NCBI GenBank assembly: GCA_045159875.1
Contig: CP067995.1
Span: 1,440,001 to 1,504,000, forward strand
Source: a cyanobacterium endosymbiont of Rhopalodia gibba
GTDB lineage: Bacteria; Cyanobacteriota; Cyanobacteriia; Cyanobacteriales; Microcystaceae
Direction: 5' to 3'
Length of the DNA stretch: 64,000 bases
Of this stretch, positions 1 to 19,798 are shown piece by piece (the stretch's first letter is position 1; the number at the start of each line of letters is the position of its first letter). Made by a program: the position numbers and the translations under genes. The notes under the pieces are model-generated. The model had not been told where the DNA came from. It was given only the letters and a program-made list of their open reading frames with translations, and made no database searches.

Positions 1-965
1 AGGTAAAAACTGACTAATTTCTTAACCTGTATTTTTCCCTTGTCGGAGTAGACTGCTTCTGCCCCTCGTTGTACGATGTAGGAGACTCCATTAAATTTAG
101 TACACTGGCGACGGTTCCACAGTTTCCACAATTTTATATCCGACCCATCAGAGACTTTAGCCGTAAGAGTTTTGGGAACTACTGTGAAGGCACAACGTGT
201 CCCCGTGAATCCTGCATTTTTAGAGAAAGACCGAAACTCAATCGCACAGTTTTTGGCTCCTTCAATTTCATAGATAGAATGGGGGAGACTCTCATCGATG
301 ATGAAAGCTTCATAAGCAGCATCAAAAAAAATGATAGACTCCATAGCGTTAGCATAGTCTACCCAGGTTTTGAGATAGTCTTTGGTGGCGGTTGCCCCTG
401 TGGGATTGTTAGGAAAGCAAAGATAGATCAGATTGACTTTTTGATTGGGGATGTCTGCAATAAAATCATTTTCTGCACTGATGGGAAGATAAACTAAGCC
501 GTCATATTCTCCTTTATCATTGGCTTCCCCCGTATTACCAGCCATAACGTTTGTATCAACATAAACTGGGTATACAGGGTCGGTAACAGCGATTTTGTTA
601 TCCCTGCCAAAAATATCAAGAATGTTCCCTGTGTCGCATTTAGCCCCATCTGAGACAAATATTTCTAAGGCATCTATATCACAATTCCTTGATTGGAAGT
701 CATTAGCTGCAATTTTTTCCCGTAACCAGTTATAACCTTGTTCTGGTCCGTAGCCTTGAAAAGTTGCGCGATCACCCATATCTTCCACAGCTTTAATCAT
801 GGCAGTGCGACAAGCTTCAGGCAGAGGTTCAGTGACATCTCCGATACCCAGCTTAATGATATTAATATCAGGATTGACTTCAGCAAAAGTTTTGATCCGT
901 CTGGCAATTTCGGGAAATAGGTATCCTGCCTTGAGTTTAAGGTAATTTTCGTTGACAGTCGTCAT
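1..965 (-). CDS. dapL: LL-diaminopimelate aminotransferase (5' part; runs off the window start)
   Basis: Hand translation from ATG at 965: [66 protein letters not shown], the typical DapL N-terminus. Absent from the ORF track because the stop codon lies outside the window. Confidence 0.95.
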   Translation of the reverse strand, partial: MTTVNENYLKLKAGYLFPEIARRIKTFAEVNPDINIIKLGIGDVTEPLPEACRTAMIKAVEDMGDRATFQGYGPEQGYNWLREKIAANDFQSRNCDIDALEIFVSDGAKCDTGNILDIFGRDNKIAVTDPVYPVYVDTNVMAGNTGEANDKGEYDGLVYLPISAENDFIADIPNQKVNLIYLCFPNNPTGATATKDYLKTWVDYANAMESIIFFDAAYEAFIIDESLPHSIYEIEGAKNCAIEFRSFSKNAGFTGTRCAFTVVPKTLTAKVSDGSDIKLWKLWNRRQCTKFNGVSYIVQRGAEAVYSDKGKIQVKKLVSFY

Positions 966-1060
966 GTTTGTTTTTCTATAAACGCCTTTTACTTAGCTTA
1001 CACTGTGTTAAGAAATTTGAAGATAGTTTCAAAGCCCATCGTTATAGGTGTTCTGTTAAC

Positions 1061-1129
1061 GTAAATTCTTAATGATTGAATGATTCAAATAATTTCTAAT
1101 TCTAAGTTTTTAAATCATTAAGAATTTAC
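1061..1129. repeat. 17-bp perfect inverted repeat with 35-nt spacer
   Basis: GTAAATTCTTAATGATT (1061-1077) / AATCATTAAGAATTTAC (1113-1129). Confidence 0.85.
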
Positions 1130-1465
1130 TTATTGTTAATAACAATATAAAATTAGGATATGTTAAGTTTTAGTGAATCTTATTATATTTTAGTGCCTTA
1201 GAGACAAAATGCGATGAAGTTGATAATTATCTAAAGCTGTTTTTAAACAGCGAGCAGGAAAGAGAGCCTATTTGCTTAGTCTAAATTGAGAAATACTTTA
1301 TTTTTCAGGTCAATAAGTAATCAGAAGTAATCGAACAAAAAAGTTTCATTTCTAAAATATTCAAAAGTTTTATAACTCACTTATAACTCAAATTTTTACT
1401 TCTAATTAGTAGAATTAACCTTTCATTCTTGAGTATTTAGTTCAGAAAGTATAGGTCCAGATTCT

Positions 1466-1507
1466 AACAAAGAATCTCTTCCCTGATTAGGAAAGAGATT
1501 CTTTGTT
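1466..1507 (-). terminator. rRNA operon terminator hairpin
   Basis: AACAAAGAATCTCTTCCCT-GATT-AGGAAAGAGATTCTTTGTT immediately downstream of 5S rRNA. Confidence 0.75.
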
Positions 1508-1517
1508 TAAAAATAAA

Positions 1518-1636
1518 TCCTGGCATCGAGCTATTGTCCCGGTGGGCTACCCCACAAGTATCTTTGCCGCTACCGCGTTTCACAGACGAGTTCGGGATGG
1601 AATCGCAGTGGGACCACGGTGCTAGAGACACCAAGA
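1518..1636 (-). rRNA. rrf: 5S rRNA
   Basis: Reverse complement reads TCTTGGTGTCTCTAGCACCGTGG...CCGAACTC...GATGCCAGGA; about 119 nt, downstream of 23S. Confidence 0.95.
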
Positions 1637-1720
1637 AGTGGAATGACTGGTGAAAACACCTTCAAGACTGCACAAAATGAGAAAGAAAAAATCAAAATCT
1701 TAAAACAACGTAGAAGATAA

Positions 1721-4591
<2,871 letters not shown>

Positions 4592-4820
4592 ATTTCAACA
4601 TGGTTATCACTTAGACTTTTTTATTCGGTTAACGCTTTCTTACTCTATTAACTAGAATGTAAGAAAATGCTGACCGCTTTCTCATTTTTATGCAGTTTTC
4701 AAGGTGCTTGACTGGATTTCAACTGTCCAGCAGTCTGTCTTACTTTTCCAAGCAAGACTCGGTGCTGAACCTATTGTTTAAGGCTGCTCTATTAAGATAT
4801 ATGTTGTATATCGTGTTAGG

Positions 4821-4894
<74 letters not shown>

Positions 4895-5045
4895 TTATTC
4901 CGAACCAATTCCAGTTTAGAAGCTAAATTTAAGCAGGCTTTCCTTGCACGACCTTGGGATTAGTTCTAAGGAAAGGCACTATTGTTAGGCTCCAGACTTA
5001 CGTCTTTTACCTCTTACCTTTTTCCTTGAACTGAGGTCTCCCTAT

Positions 5046-6531
<1,486 letters not shown>

Positions 6532-6699
6532 GTTTGATCTGACTTTTAGCCGATGTTCTCTAACTAAGTTAGTTTCTCGGCTTTTTCTAACGTTATCCTA
6601 CTGTTTCTCTTACTTAGTAGACAGAAGAAACAATAAGACATATAATTGTCTTAAATAACAAGGGGCTTACTTAAAGCTGTTAGCTTCTAAACTATGAAT

Positions 6700-6711
6700 T
6701 TTTCAAGGTTC
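6700..6711 (-). promoter_or_regulatory. rrn leader boxA antitermination element
   Basis: GAACCTTGAAAA in the 16S leader; second copy GCACCTTGAAAAC in the ITS at about 4695-4707. Confidence 0.6.
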
Positions 6712-6752
6712 GATGCGTCGAGGAGAGTGTTGCTCTCAACCGCGCATTTACC

Positions 6753-6782
6753 AATATACATTGGGTCCCTAAAAAATGTCAA
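6753..6782 (-). promoter_or_regulatory. sigma70-type rRNA promoter
   Basis: TTGACA-18 nt-TATATT on the minus strand, about 220 nt upstream of 16S. Confidence 0.65.
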
Positions 6783-7924
6783 CCCTTTTTTAAAAATTCT
6801 TTTTTCTCTTGGTAAATTAGTCTGTAGCGTAATCTTGGACTAGCAATATAATGAATGTCGTTATTCTCTTAATGAAAGATAGATTATAGAACATCTAAAA
6901 ACTGTTTACCATACACTTTAACCTATGAATATAAGATGGATTAACTAAATAGTGGAGTCCTTTAGAATAGTATCCGCCAGAACTCATCGAGATAAGAAAA
7001 GTGTAGTGAGGTCACGTTTTGTGTTTATCACTAGTAATAAGGACTAGTCAAAAATTGTCAAATAATTATCAAACCTCAGAAAATACTTACTCGATACAGT
7101 GGTTTAACCACACTGAAGTAAGTTGTTCAGGGATTTCGTGTAGGTAACGAAGTAATAAAAGTGAACAAGATATTTTGCTTATAATCAAGCTTAATATTTG
7201 ACTTCTAATTAATATAGTTTTATTGACTGAACTAGTTTAATCGCAGTTAGTTTTATAGTAAAGTATTTTTATACTAGAAAAATTATCAGATTTTTCCTAG
7301 ATTTTACCATCTTTTAATTAATAAGTTGATATTTTCTGCTTTATCAGACAGTAGTTATAGCACAACAAAAAAATATTTTAAGGACTCCTAGTTTTTGACT
7401 TTTACTAAAAAGTGATTGAGACAGTACAAAAAGAATATAAAGAAGTTATAGTCTTTCTTCTATTTAAATTTCTTTTTAAAAAATAAAATAGGAGATTACC
7501 AAGCAATCTACCCATCGGCAATCAAGAACGACAGAAAAAGTCGTAAAATTAGCAAAAGTATACTTAAAGCCAAAAAAGTAATTAAACCGAGTATTATTTA
7601 AAATTTTTATCATTTTAAATATAGATTTAATCTATATAAAAATATGTATAGTTATTTACATGTAGAAATATTTAACAGACTGAAAAGTCATTCAGCAATT
7701 ACCCAACCTTACAGTTCTAATTTGATTAGGTTTATCTTATAATTTTTTAGCTAAGTAAGTATATATAATAACTTATTTGGCTATTTATAATATTAAAAAT
7801 AAGCTCTAACTAATTTTTAAAAAAATTTGATTATCTTGGCAAGCCAAAAATACTATTTAAAATAAAATAACTAATGTAAATAATTCAATAAAAATGTATT
7901 AGAGCATAAATACTTTTATTAAGT

Positions 7925-7974
7925 GATTTACGTTACTATTATTTTTTGATCAAAAAATAATAGTAACGTAAATC
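7925..7974. repeat. 50-bp perfect palindrome with no loop
   Basis: GATTTACGTTACTATTATTTTTTGA|TCAAAAAATAATAGTAACGTAAATC. Confidence 0.95.
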
Positions 7975-8325
7975 TTCTGCGTAGCAAACTAAATTTTATC
8001 TATCTTAATGGATTCGATAAAAAAATCTGCTTTTTTGATCAGCTCAAATGTAGAAATTAACTTAACGAGCTTTTTAACAAGGGGTTTTCAATTAAACAAA
8101 GTAACTCATCAAAGAGTAAATTCTATCTTAACCGCGTCTATGCTAAATGAACTGTCGTCTTACGAGATATAGAACTTATTGTTCTTGACAGTAAATGGGG
8201 TTTTTTTGATGATTTCCAACTTAGCCTATCCGCGAGAACATCATAAAATAGAAGGAAGTCTTAAAGACTAAAGGTCAATTAGGCTATTAAAATATTTAAA
8301 AGTTGTTTCTTAACTTCAAGCTAGA

Positions 8326-9159
8326 ATGATGACTAATAATCTTTGTATTTTAGTACTTATAACCAATGTTCTTACGGTTAATTCTTTAGTTTTTGCCCAT
8401 CCATTGGTGTTGTCTCAACAGCAAAACGACACCCCAACAGAATTAACTCCAAACAGTCTTTTATCTCAAACATTAGATGCTCTGGAATGGTATAACCAAG
8501 GGGTAGATAAAATTAATGAAGGAAACTATCAAGGAGCTATCACTGACTTCACTGAGTCCATCGAGTTGAACCCCCAAGATTCTGATGCTTATTACAATCG
8601 TGGCTATGCTCAACACGCCTTGGGCAAGCTCAATGAGGCTCTCAATGACTATAATCAGTCCATAGAGATCAATCGTGAATTTGCCTATGCTTATGGTAAT
8701 CGCTGTTATGCCTTTTTTCAACTAAAAGAATATCGAAAAGCTTTGACTGATTGTTCCGAAGCAATTAATCTTGATTCTAAATATGCTGATTTTTATATAT
8801 ATAGGGGTAATGCTAAAGATTACCTCGGTAATCATCAAGAAGCTATTGCTGACTATACTGAAGCTATCAGCCTTAATCCTAATTATGCCAAAACTTATTA
8901 CAATCGTGGTTTAGCTTACAATCACGCTGGAAAATTAGAAGCAGCGATCACTGATTACACCAAATGCCTAAAATTAAACCCCAATTTAGCTGATGCTTAT
9001 TACAATCGTGGAGTAACTAAGTTTCTGATAGGAAATCAGACAGCGGCTTTCATCGATATCCATAAGTCCGCAGAATTATTCAAAATTCAAGGTAATTCGG
9101 ATTATGCTAAGCAAGCTCACGATACTATTAAGAAATTGCAAGCTCAAAATGATACTTAA
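8326..9159 (+). CDS. Tetratricopeptide repeat protein with probable signal peptide
   Basis: Repeated (A/T)YYNRG...A..DY..AI.LNP TPR units; hydrophobic N-terminus ending VFA. Confidence 0.9.
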   Translation: MMTNNLCILVLITNVLTVNSLVFAHPLVLSQQQNDTPTELTPNSLLSQTLDALEWYNQGVDKINEGNYQGAITDFTESIELNPQDSDAYYNRGYAQHALGKLNEALNDYNQSIEINREFAYAYGNRCYAFFQLKEYRKALTDCSEAINLDSKYADFYIYRGNAKDYLGNHQEAIADYTEAISLNPNYAKTYYNRGLAYNHAGKLEAAITDYTKCLKLNPNLADAYYNRGVTKFLIGNQTAAFIDIHKSAELFKIQGNSDYAKQAHDTIKKLQAQNDT

Positions 9160-10500
9160 ATTTTGAGCTCTAGTTCGAGTGAATATTCAAAAGAGTATCG
9201 TTCTGTAGTACTTTAAGTAAAAATAATACAGTACTCATTTTTCCGATTAGGGAGCACAAGTGAAAATCGACCCTTTTCTTTACTCTCAATAATCATCGAG
9301 TCAACTACTATAAGGTTTAATCTTCAGGAGTCTTTTGACTTTATTCATTGTCTTTCCTCTTGACCCTAGTTAATACTTTATTTTATTAACTTAGTCTTTT
9401 TTTTTACTAGTAAAAGTTAATTATTTAGCTACTTTTACTGAAACATAAGTTTAAACAAGAGATGAACTCTAATCATTTAATTTTTCATTGTTTGGCGTCG
9501 CGGACTAGGGCTTTTGTCAATAAAGCTAAACCATCAGTTTTTTACGTTTGTTTAGTAACTTTACTATGATATATCGGCAATGCTATTCAAGGACTTTAAG
9601 ACAGGTTAAAAATATCTTCTTAAGAAATATTTAAGTTCATTGACTGTGTAGATTATCCTTTTTGATGTTAATTATGTCATTGATGAATTAGAAAAAAGAA
9701 ATAGGCGATAGTTTTGTATCTAGATTTTTGTCAAAATCTAGGATTTATGGGACACCCGTGGAATTCTTATTTGATGATTATATAGCTTTTGCTAAAATAG
9801 TTAATTTCTTAATATTAAAATTTTAAAATATAATTATAGTCATAAAAACTAATAAATAAATCTCTATTCACTTTGAAAATATTTAGTAGTAAAATACTAT
9901 CGTTAGGATTTTATTTTTAAAAGTGAATAAGTTAATTCAATTCTAGTTATTAACTCAAATTTTAGTTATTCACCCAATAACCAGTGTTTTTTTAAACCAA
10001 TAGCAATAAAAACCTGAAAAAATTTATGTTGTTTGACATTAAGAATAACTACTCAGTCTGAATTAAGGAACAAGTTTAATATTAACTTTTCTAAATTAGA
10101 TACAAGTACCAAGATTTAACTGAATTATTTATCTAGTTTAAAGCTTCTTAAGCGGAAGTTTATTAATACTATTTTTAAAATAACTTTTGAGATAATTTAT
10201 ATATCTAAACATTAATTTTTTGATCTTTTTCTAGGTTTGCTTATAACTCACATTTTTCAAATAAAAAGCCATTAAATTTATAAAATTAAGGATAATATTT
10301 TTTGAGTGAATTATTGACTTTAATAAAACCGGCTATTTTTTAATATATTGTTTTTCTGTTCAAAATTAATAAAAAACTTATAAAAAAAGTTGCATATGAT
10401 GTTCTACAAAAAAATGTAAAAACTAAAATTAGTAATAAAACTTTAAAGAAACAATTTTTAAATGAATCTTTTTGAAAGTTGCTTTTAACTAAAAAACAAG

Positions 10501-10533
10501 ACTTGTAGGGTGAGTATTACCCACTCTACAAGT
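10501..10533 (-). terminator. Hairpin downstream of pgm (GTAG-REP-like)
   Basis: ACTTGTAGAGTGGGTAATACTCACCCTACAAGT followed by CTTGTTTTTT on the minus strand. Confidence 0.65.
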
Positions 10534-10551
10534 TTTAATTAAGGAGATAAG

Positions 10552-12192
<1,641 letters not shown>

Positions 12193-12380
12193 CTAACTAT
12201 AATCTTGATAGTGTAAGCGTTTGAACGATTTAGATAACTTCAATATGGTAAATTAACTTGGCCTTATTTTATAGTCAATAGGCAATGAAACAACCTTGGA
12301 GTTATTTAGATATTTATTTTTTAGATGATTTTATAAGATTTGTTTTATTTATCTATACTTCAATGAAAATGGTATTTTCA

Positions 12381-12995
12381 ATGTCTAAATCTCCCTCATC
12401 TTCTTTAATTATTCCCCAACTGATTATCGGACTAGGAAATTGTGAAGCTAAATACGATAAAACTCGCCACAATATTGGGTTTGAAGCTCTTGATGCATTG
12501 TCCCAGACTTGGCAGTTATCCTTTACGGAAAACCGCCGTTTTCAAGGTTTATTCACCGAAGGAATGGTTAAAAATAACCAGAAAATTTACTTACTTAAAC
12601 CGCTCACTTATATGAACTGTTCAGGTCGATCAGTTCGCGCTGTCAGCGATTGGTATAAACTGTCACTGAACTCAATATTAGTCATTTATGATGATATGGA
12701 TTTACCTATCGGACGAATACGAATTAGATTAGGGGGATCAGCTGGAGGACACAATGGTCTAAAATCAGTTATTTCCTATTTAGGTAGCGAGGACTTTCCT
12801 CGGTTACGTATTGGAATTGGTGAATCTCATCCTTCTAAAGAAACGATTTCCCATGTTTTAGGAAAGTTTACCTCTGATGAAAAAAACATTATGGAGAAGG
12901 TCTTACCCTTAGTAGTCAATGCTTTGGACATGAGTCTCAAAGAAGGAATTGAAAAAGCTATGAGTCTCTATAATAACCGCACAGCTATCAAATGA
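12381..12995 (+). CDS. pth: Peptidyl-tRNA hydrolase
   Basis: LIIGLGN...TRHNIGF, KPLTYMN, DDMDLP, GGHNGLKS; ATG at 12381 preferred over the ORF-track start at 12285. Confidence 0.95.
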   Translation: MSKSPSSSLIIPQLIIGLGNCEAKYDKTRHNIGFEALDALSQTWQLSFTENRRFQGLFTEGMVKNNQKIYLLKPLTYMNCSGRSVRAVSDWYKLSLNSILVIYDDMDLPIGRIRIRLGGSAGGHNGLKSVISYLGSEDFPRLRIGIGESHPSKETISHVLGKFTSDEKNIMEKVLPLVVNALDMSLKEGIEKAMSLYNNRTAIK

Positions 12996-13047
12996 GGTAT
13001 AATATACTGCCGTAGGTAGTGTAGCTAGAATAGACGAGGTTTATCTG

Positions 13048-13377
13048 TTGCAGGAGTCATTAGAGTTAGAGTCAAGATTTCTTTTAAAAGCACTTTGGTT
13101 AGATGCTAATGTAGCGATTACTGTGGATCAAATGGTGGGAAAGGGAACCAGTCCCCTAACTGACTATTTCTTTTGGCCAAGGAACGATGCTTGGCAACAG
13201 TTAAAAGATGAGTTAGAAGCCAAACATTGGATTTCGGAAACTGAAAGGATTGAAATTCTCAATCAAGCCACAGAAGTCATTAATTATTGGCAGGATCTCC
13301 GTAACCAAGGCAGACGCATCTCCATGGCTGATGCTCAAGCCATGTTTCCAAAAGTCGTCTTCAGTGGCAGCAATTAA
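13048..13377 (+). CDS. ycf65: 30S ribosomal protein PSRP-3 (Ycf65)
   Basis: [43 protein letters not shown] motif; follows pth as in other cyanobacteria. Confidence 0.9.
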   Translation: MQESLELESRFLLKALWLDANVAITVDQMVGKGTSPLTDYFFWPRNDAWQQLKDELEAKHWISETERIEILNQATEVINYWQDLRNQGRRISMADAQAMFPKVVFSGSN

Positions 13378-13392
13378 TCTGATGGCGCTAAC

Positions 13393-13429
13393 AGATGAGG
13401 GCTGAGTCTTTAAGCCTTTGCCCTCATCT
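13393..13429. terminator. Hairpin between convergent ycf65 and atpC
   Basis: AGATGAGGGC ... GCCCTCATCT. Confidence 0.55.
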
Positions 13430-13452
13430 AATTTTTTCTTGGAATTAAATCC

Positions 13453-13863
13453 TTAAACTAGTCCAGCAGATGCTTGAAGACGTGCTCTAGCTCGTTTTAG
13501 GGCTTGGGATGCTTTGATTCGTTCTAGACGGTTATTCCCTTTATTTGCTTGCTCTAAATGGGTTTGAGCTTTACTGAATTCCGCTTGTGCTTCCTCTTTG
13601 CTGATATTATCGTCAACCTCTGCTGAATTAACCAGAACTTTGAGAACATCGTGGTCGACTTCGGCAAAGCCGCCCATAACTACTAAGTTTTTCCAATTCT
13701 TATCAGGGCGGATTCGCATAACCCCAATGTCGAGAGCAGTTAATAGAGGAGCATGACCAGATAAGATTCCCAACTGTCCAGACGTGCTTGGTAAGATGAC
13801 TTCTTTTACAGTGTCATTCCAAACGATTCTGTCTGGAGTAATCACACAGACTTGTAATGTCAT
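13453..13863 (-). CDS. atpC: F1 ATP synthase epsilon subunit
   Basis: [34 protein letters not shown]; directly downstream of the beta subunit. Confidence 0.96.
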   Translation of the reverse strand: MTLQVCVITPDRIVWNDTVKEVILPSTSGQLGILSGHAPLLTALDIGVMRIRPDKNWKNLVVMGGFAEVDHDVLKVLVNSAEVDDNISKEEAQAEFSKAQTHLEQANKGNNRLERIKASQALKRARARLQASAGLV

Positions 13864-13962
13864 ATCAGTTATTCACTATTAGTTTTAACTATCAATTATG
13901 TAGTTATCAGTCAACAGTGACTCAAAAGGTATTTATCCAAGAGACTGTTGACTGAGGAAGGA

Positions 13963-15435
<1,473 letters not shown>

Positions 15436-17115
15436 TTAAGGGGTTAGCTTAGAGTTTGGCTAAGGTAGAACCTACTCTCATTAATCTTCTTTCGCCACCC
15501 TATAGAGTACCACTTCTGGGTAACACGGGGAATGTCTCTCAGATTGTTTGGAGAAACCCAGTTTTATCAAGACCTGCCATGTAAAAAATTAAAATCTAAA
15601 GATAAAATTTAATCACTAACAATAAGCTTCTCAAAAATCATAATCTTAACATAGATAATACAATATCAGGTTTTGTGTCTGAATTAAATCAAATTAAATT
15701 AATTTTTTTTACTTGACTTAAACCTATAGTATTAAATGTTCAAGTTAGTTTAATACATGAAATTTTAAGTTGACAAGAACTCAATAATTACGTATTTTAA
15801 AATTCCAAATAAAATAAAAAAAGTTCGATTTATTGAAAAAAATAGAATAGATTGGACATTAACTTGTATTTATCATAGTTTAACTATCAGTAAATTTATT
15901 TATATTAATAAATTAACTATAAAATATTTTTTTTCGACTGAGAGCTAATTAATATAAGAATAAATCCACAGAAGAGTTAATATGTTGAAACATCAAAAAA
16001 TATATATTTTAAGATTTACGATAAAAATTATCACTATAAACTTAAGAAGTAAAAATTTTGACTAAGACTTAAGAAATCATAGTAGCATTACTAGTTTTAG
16101 ATAAACGGCAGACGCTAAATCTTTTAGATGTAACTATGATGTCTTATTTTAAAAAAATAAATAAAACAGAAGATGACGGAGCGATCACTAACCAATAATA
16201 AAAATACAGTTAAGACAAGCAAAAATTTAAGTTTTTTATTTAAGTAAAATAATGATGCAGCTTAAACTATTTAAGTTTAAGCATCGGAGATAGTAGTACT
16301 TATTGTTGTATAATTATTTATACACAAAACACCAATAGCAGAGAAATATAAATATTAATAAATGAACTAAAATAAAAAAATTTTTAAAAATATTAGAAAT
16401 AGCAAAGTGTATTTATATAAGTCAATATTTAAGAATATAAATCATATTACATTTATTCATGGTTTTACAAAATAAATACGTTATTTTAATATATTGAAAA
16501 TAGTTGTGATAGAGATTTGTTTAAAACTTGATCATCTCAAAATTAAATTTTTCGATGGGGACTAGAAAATTTTATTATTAAAAATAATGTTACTTTTTAT
16601 CTCAAAAAATAGAATATAAACTATAGTATCTCTTCCATAAATTTTTAGATTTGGATATAATTAAAATTGAATATTGCAAATGAATCAATGTAATAAACTG
16701 AAGTTAGAGTAAATAAATTTTATATAGTTAAATATATTGGTAATCAGTTAGATGATTAATTTTTTTAAAAAAATTAGAAACCAAGAAGTTTAAAAGACTA
16801 GTTATAATTTAAAAATTATATTTACTTTGAATATTAGTACATATACTTTGATTAAAAAATTAAGAAAATTTAAGTGAAAGAATCAAAGGCTAAATTAGAT
16901 TTAAATTAAGTTAATAAAACTTTAGCAGTCCTCTTAAAAGTCTGCCAATTAAAATATAAAATTTTTTTTACTCAGTATTTTATGGTAAATTTAATTACCA
17001 TATTTTCTTGATAAAAAAATAACCGATAATAATAAGTTAAATTTTAGTTAATTTATAGTTTTTTAGCAAAATTACAATTATTTAATAAGGCTTATTTTAT
17101 TTTTTTTTTAAAATA

Positions 17116-17157
17116 TTTACTTTCTTAAAGTTTCACTATAAACTTTAAGAAAGTAAA
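17116..17157. repeat. 18-bp perfect inverted repeat, 6-nt loop
   Basis: TTTACTTTCTTAAAGTTT-CACTAT-AAACTTTAAGAAAGTAAA. Confidence 0.9.
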
Positions 17158-17447
17158 CCAGTAAATACTCTCTATTAATTTATAAAAAATTTTGTTATTT
17201 TTATGATAAAACTATTTGTTATTATCCTTTATTGATTAATAAGAGTTTTTTAAAAAAAACTTTATATTTGAGTCAAATTTTTATCGATTAAATTCAGTTA
17301 TTTTTTATTTATTATTGAAATTTAATTCTAGAAAATTTCTCTCGGGACGTATAACTATTTATAGTCCTGACTTATCAAGACAGTTTTTCATTTTACAATA
17401 AAATTTTAAACTATTAATTTTTATATTGCTCTGTATTCATAACTCAT

Positions 17448-17476
17448 AAATATTCTCTCTATGAGAGAGAATATTT
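17448..17476. repeat. 13-bp perfect inverted repeat, 3-nt loop
   Basis: AAATATTCTCTCT-ATG-AGAGAGAATATTT. Confidence 0.8.
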
Positions 17477-17999
17477 TGTATAATTTTTTTATAAGTTGAT
17501 CTTTAACTATTTTTTAGTTCCAAATAACTTCTGATTTTATGTCTTAAGCATGGAACTTTTTTAAAAAATCTGGGGGTTTTTAAAAATATACTCTCTGTAA
17601 TTCTAAACTTTTTAAACAAATTTTTTATTTGTCTAGTCTAATAAACTATTTTTATACTGTCTACTTTATTAAAGATTTTATCAATTAATCAATATCTATA
17701 ATCTTAAATTTTTTTAAAATGAAATTCTACCTTCTTAACTCTATTTTTCTAAAAAGTATTCTTTTAATCGAATCAAACTAAACCACAATCTTAAAGATAG
17801 TTTTTTCTTCGTTTTATATAATTTCTTTATTTTTTACTATTACAAATACACAACTGTATTTAGTATTACTAGTTAATTATACAATGTCACTAAAAAAACT
17901 TTTCTACAAGAAGAAGAATGAGTATCTCAGTAAAGATGACAAGTTAACTATGTCGAAATTAGTTTTATTAAAGCTAAGTTGCTATTAATAAATAGAAAT

Positions 18000-19616
18000 C
18001 TAGTTTAATGTGGCGATAACTTTGACTCCGAATTCATTTTCAAAAACAAGTTTATTATAGTTTAAATTCCACAGTTCTAAGGCACAATCATCGTTAGAAT
18101 CAGTAGGAAGTAAATGTAAATAAAGTTCTTTATCTTCTTCATTATACCTACAATTAACAGTTTTAATGGCTTCTATTTGCCTACTATTGAGAGCAACGGC
18201 TAAACGTAAAATCGTATTTAATTGTTTAACTATTTTTCGATGAGTATCCGGTAACTTACTATAGGGCTCATGTTTTTTCTTGGGGATACTTTTACGATGA
18301 TAACGAGCCAAATTGGCAATAGTTTCTAATTCAAGTTCTGTAAACCCTAATAATTCTGCATTACGAATCAAATAATAAGAATGTTTATGATAAGCGGAAT
18401 GACTAACATATAAACCACATTTATGTAAAATAGTTGCTGCCCAAAGTAACTCCCATTCTTCTGTTCCCCAATTATGAAAAATTCCTTTTAATTGTTCAAA
18501 TAAACTTTGGGCAAATTGTGCTACTCTTTCAGTATATTCCATGTTAACTTGATACTTACGAGCAATTGTATAAACACTACGATGACGTACTTTTCCCTGA
18601 TAACACAATCGATCTTCAATTAATTTGTGAGTTAACATCCAGTCAACAATTATCCCTTCACGTAATGCCCGTTCACAAATGGTAATATTATCTAGCGATA
18701 GCATGGCCATTGCTTCCATTAAAATTACTCCACCTGCCACAATAATTTCGGCACGTTTATCAGACATACCTGAAACCTTTAACCGTTCTTCATAAGTCAT
18801 TGAAGCAAATTTTTTTACTAAATCTTTAATCTCTTTACGTTCCATTCGATAACCCTGAAGAGGACTAGGAATTTCTCCTGACTTTTGTAATGCATTTATA
18901 GTTACTAGAGTTTCAATAGTTCCGGAGGTTCCCACCAGTTGAGGCTGTTCGTTGTTGCCTAGTTTACGACGTAATTCATCAATTGGATGTTCAAGCATTC
19001 CCCGTGCATAAGCTCGTAAATTAGTAAATTCGGTTTCACTGAGGGGATCAGTAGTTATCAATTCCTCTGTGAGTCGTACCGCTCCAACTTTGATACTACT
19101 GAGAAAACGGGGTTCATGAACATCAGCAAGGATAATTTCTGTTGAACCTCCTCCGATATCAATAATGACATGAGGACGATCCTGAAAATCCATACCTGAC
19201 AAGACTCCTAGATAGATGCGACGCGCTTCTTCATAGCCAGAAATTAGATCAACTTGAATACCAACCTCTAATAAAACTCGTTGAATAAAATCTTGTCCAT
19301 TAGGAGCTTCCCTAGTAGCACTAGTAGCAATAGCAACAATATGCTCCACTTTCAAGCTAGTGGCTAAGTCTTTACAGCGTTTTAGAGATGCGATTGCCCG
19401 TTTTATAGCTTCTTCGGTTAACTTTCTAGTTTTTACCTCCCGCTCTCCTAGCCGAACTGTATCTTTTTCTCGACTTATGATCGTGAAGGTGAGCAGAGTT
19501 TTATCAATTTCTACTACCACCATATGGATCGAGTTTGTTCCGATATCAATGGCTGCTAATAGACAAGTATTACGGTTGTCACTATTAGTAGAGTTATAAT
19601 TAATAGATGTTGTCAT
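18000..19616 (-). CDS. ppx: Ppx/GppA exopolyphosphatase
   Basis: AAIDIGTNSIH, ATSATREA, DIGGGSTE, ALREG, C-terminal HD-like domain. Confidence 0.95.
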   Translation of the reverse strand: MTTSINYNSTNSDNRNTCLLAAIDIGTNSIHMVVVEIDKTLLTFTIISREKDTVRLGEREVKTRKLTEEAIKRAIASLKRCKDLATSLKVEHIVAIATSATREAPNGQDFIQRVLLEVGIQVDLISGYEEARRIYLGVLSGMDFQDRPHVIIDIGGGSTEIILADVHEPRFLSSIKVGAVRLTEELITTDPLSETEFTNLRAYARGMLEHPIDELRRKLGNNEQPQLVGTSGTIETLVTINALQKSGEIPSPLQGYRMERKEIKDLVKKFASMTYEERLKVSGMSDKRAEIIVAGGVILMEAMAMLSLDNITICERALREGIIVDWMLTHKLIEDRLCYQGKVRHRSVYTIARKYQVNMEYTERVAQFAQSLFEQLKGIFHNWGTEEWELLWAATILHKCGLYVSHSAYHKHSYYLIRNAELLGFTELELETIANLARYHRKSIPKKKHEPYSKLPDTHRKIVKQLNTILRLAVALNSRQIEAIKTVNCRYNEEDKELYLHLLPTDSNDDCALELWNLNYNKLVFENEFGVKVIATLN

Positions 19617-19762
19617 AGACTCAGTTTCTTGATTCTTTTATAGAAGAAGGCCTTTGGGTAATTTATTAAATTATTTTTCTCAATTAAGTAACATAAGTAT
19701 TACTTAAATATTTACATAAATAAACAAGACAAATCTGATAATCCATAATTCGCTTATCCCTA

Positions 19763-19798
19763 TTATAATTATAACCTTTTTAAGGGTTATAATTATAA
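19763..19798. repeat. 14-bp perfect inverted repeat, 8-nt loop
   Basis: TTATAATTATAACC-TTTTTAAG-GGTTATAATTATAA. Confidence 0.75.

Noticed and set aside
69..920. Plus-strand ORFs 69-497 and 738-920
   Set aside because: Antisense shadows of dapL on the minus strand.
9240..9300. Minus-strand MIIESKEKGRFSLVLP resembling a histidine-kinase C-terminal motif
   Set aside because: Too short, and no supporting collinear fragments were found.
13907..13955. 12-bp inverted repeat between atpD and atpC
   Set aside because: Lies within an intact operon spacer among short heptamer-like repeats; most simply an ordinary mRNA stem-loop, so not counted with the desert palindromes.
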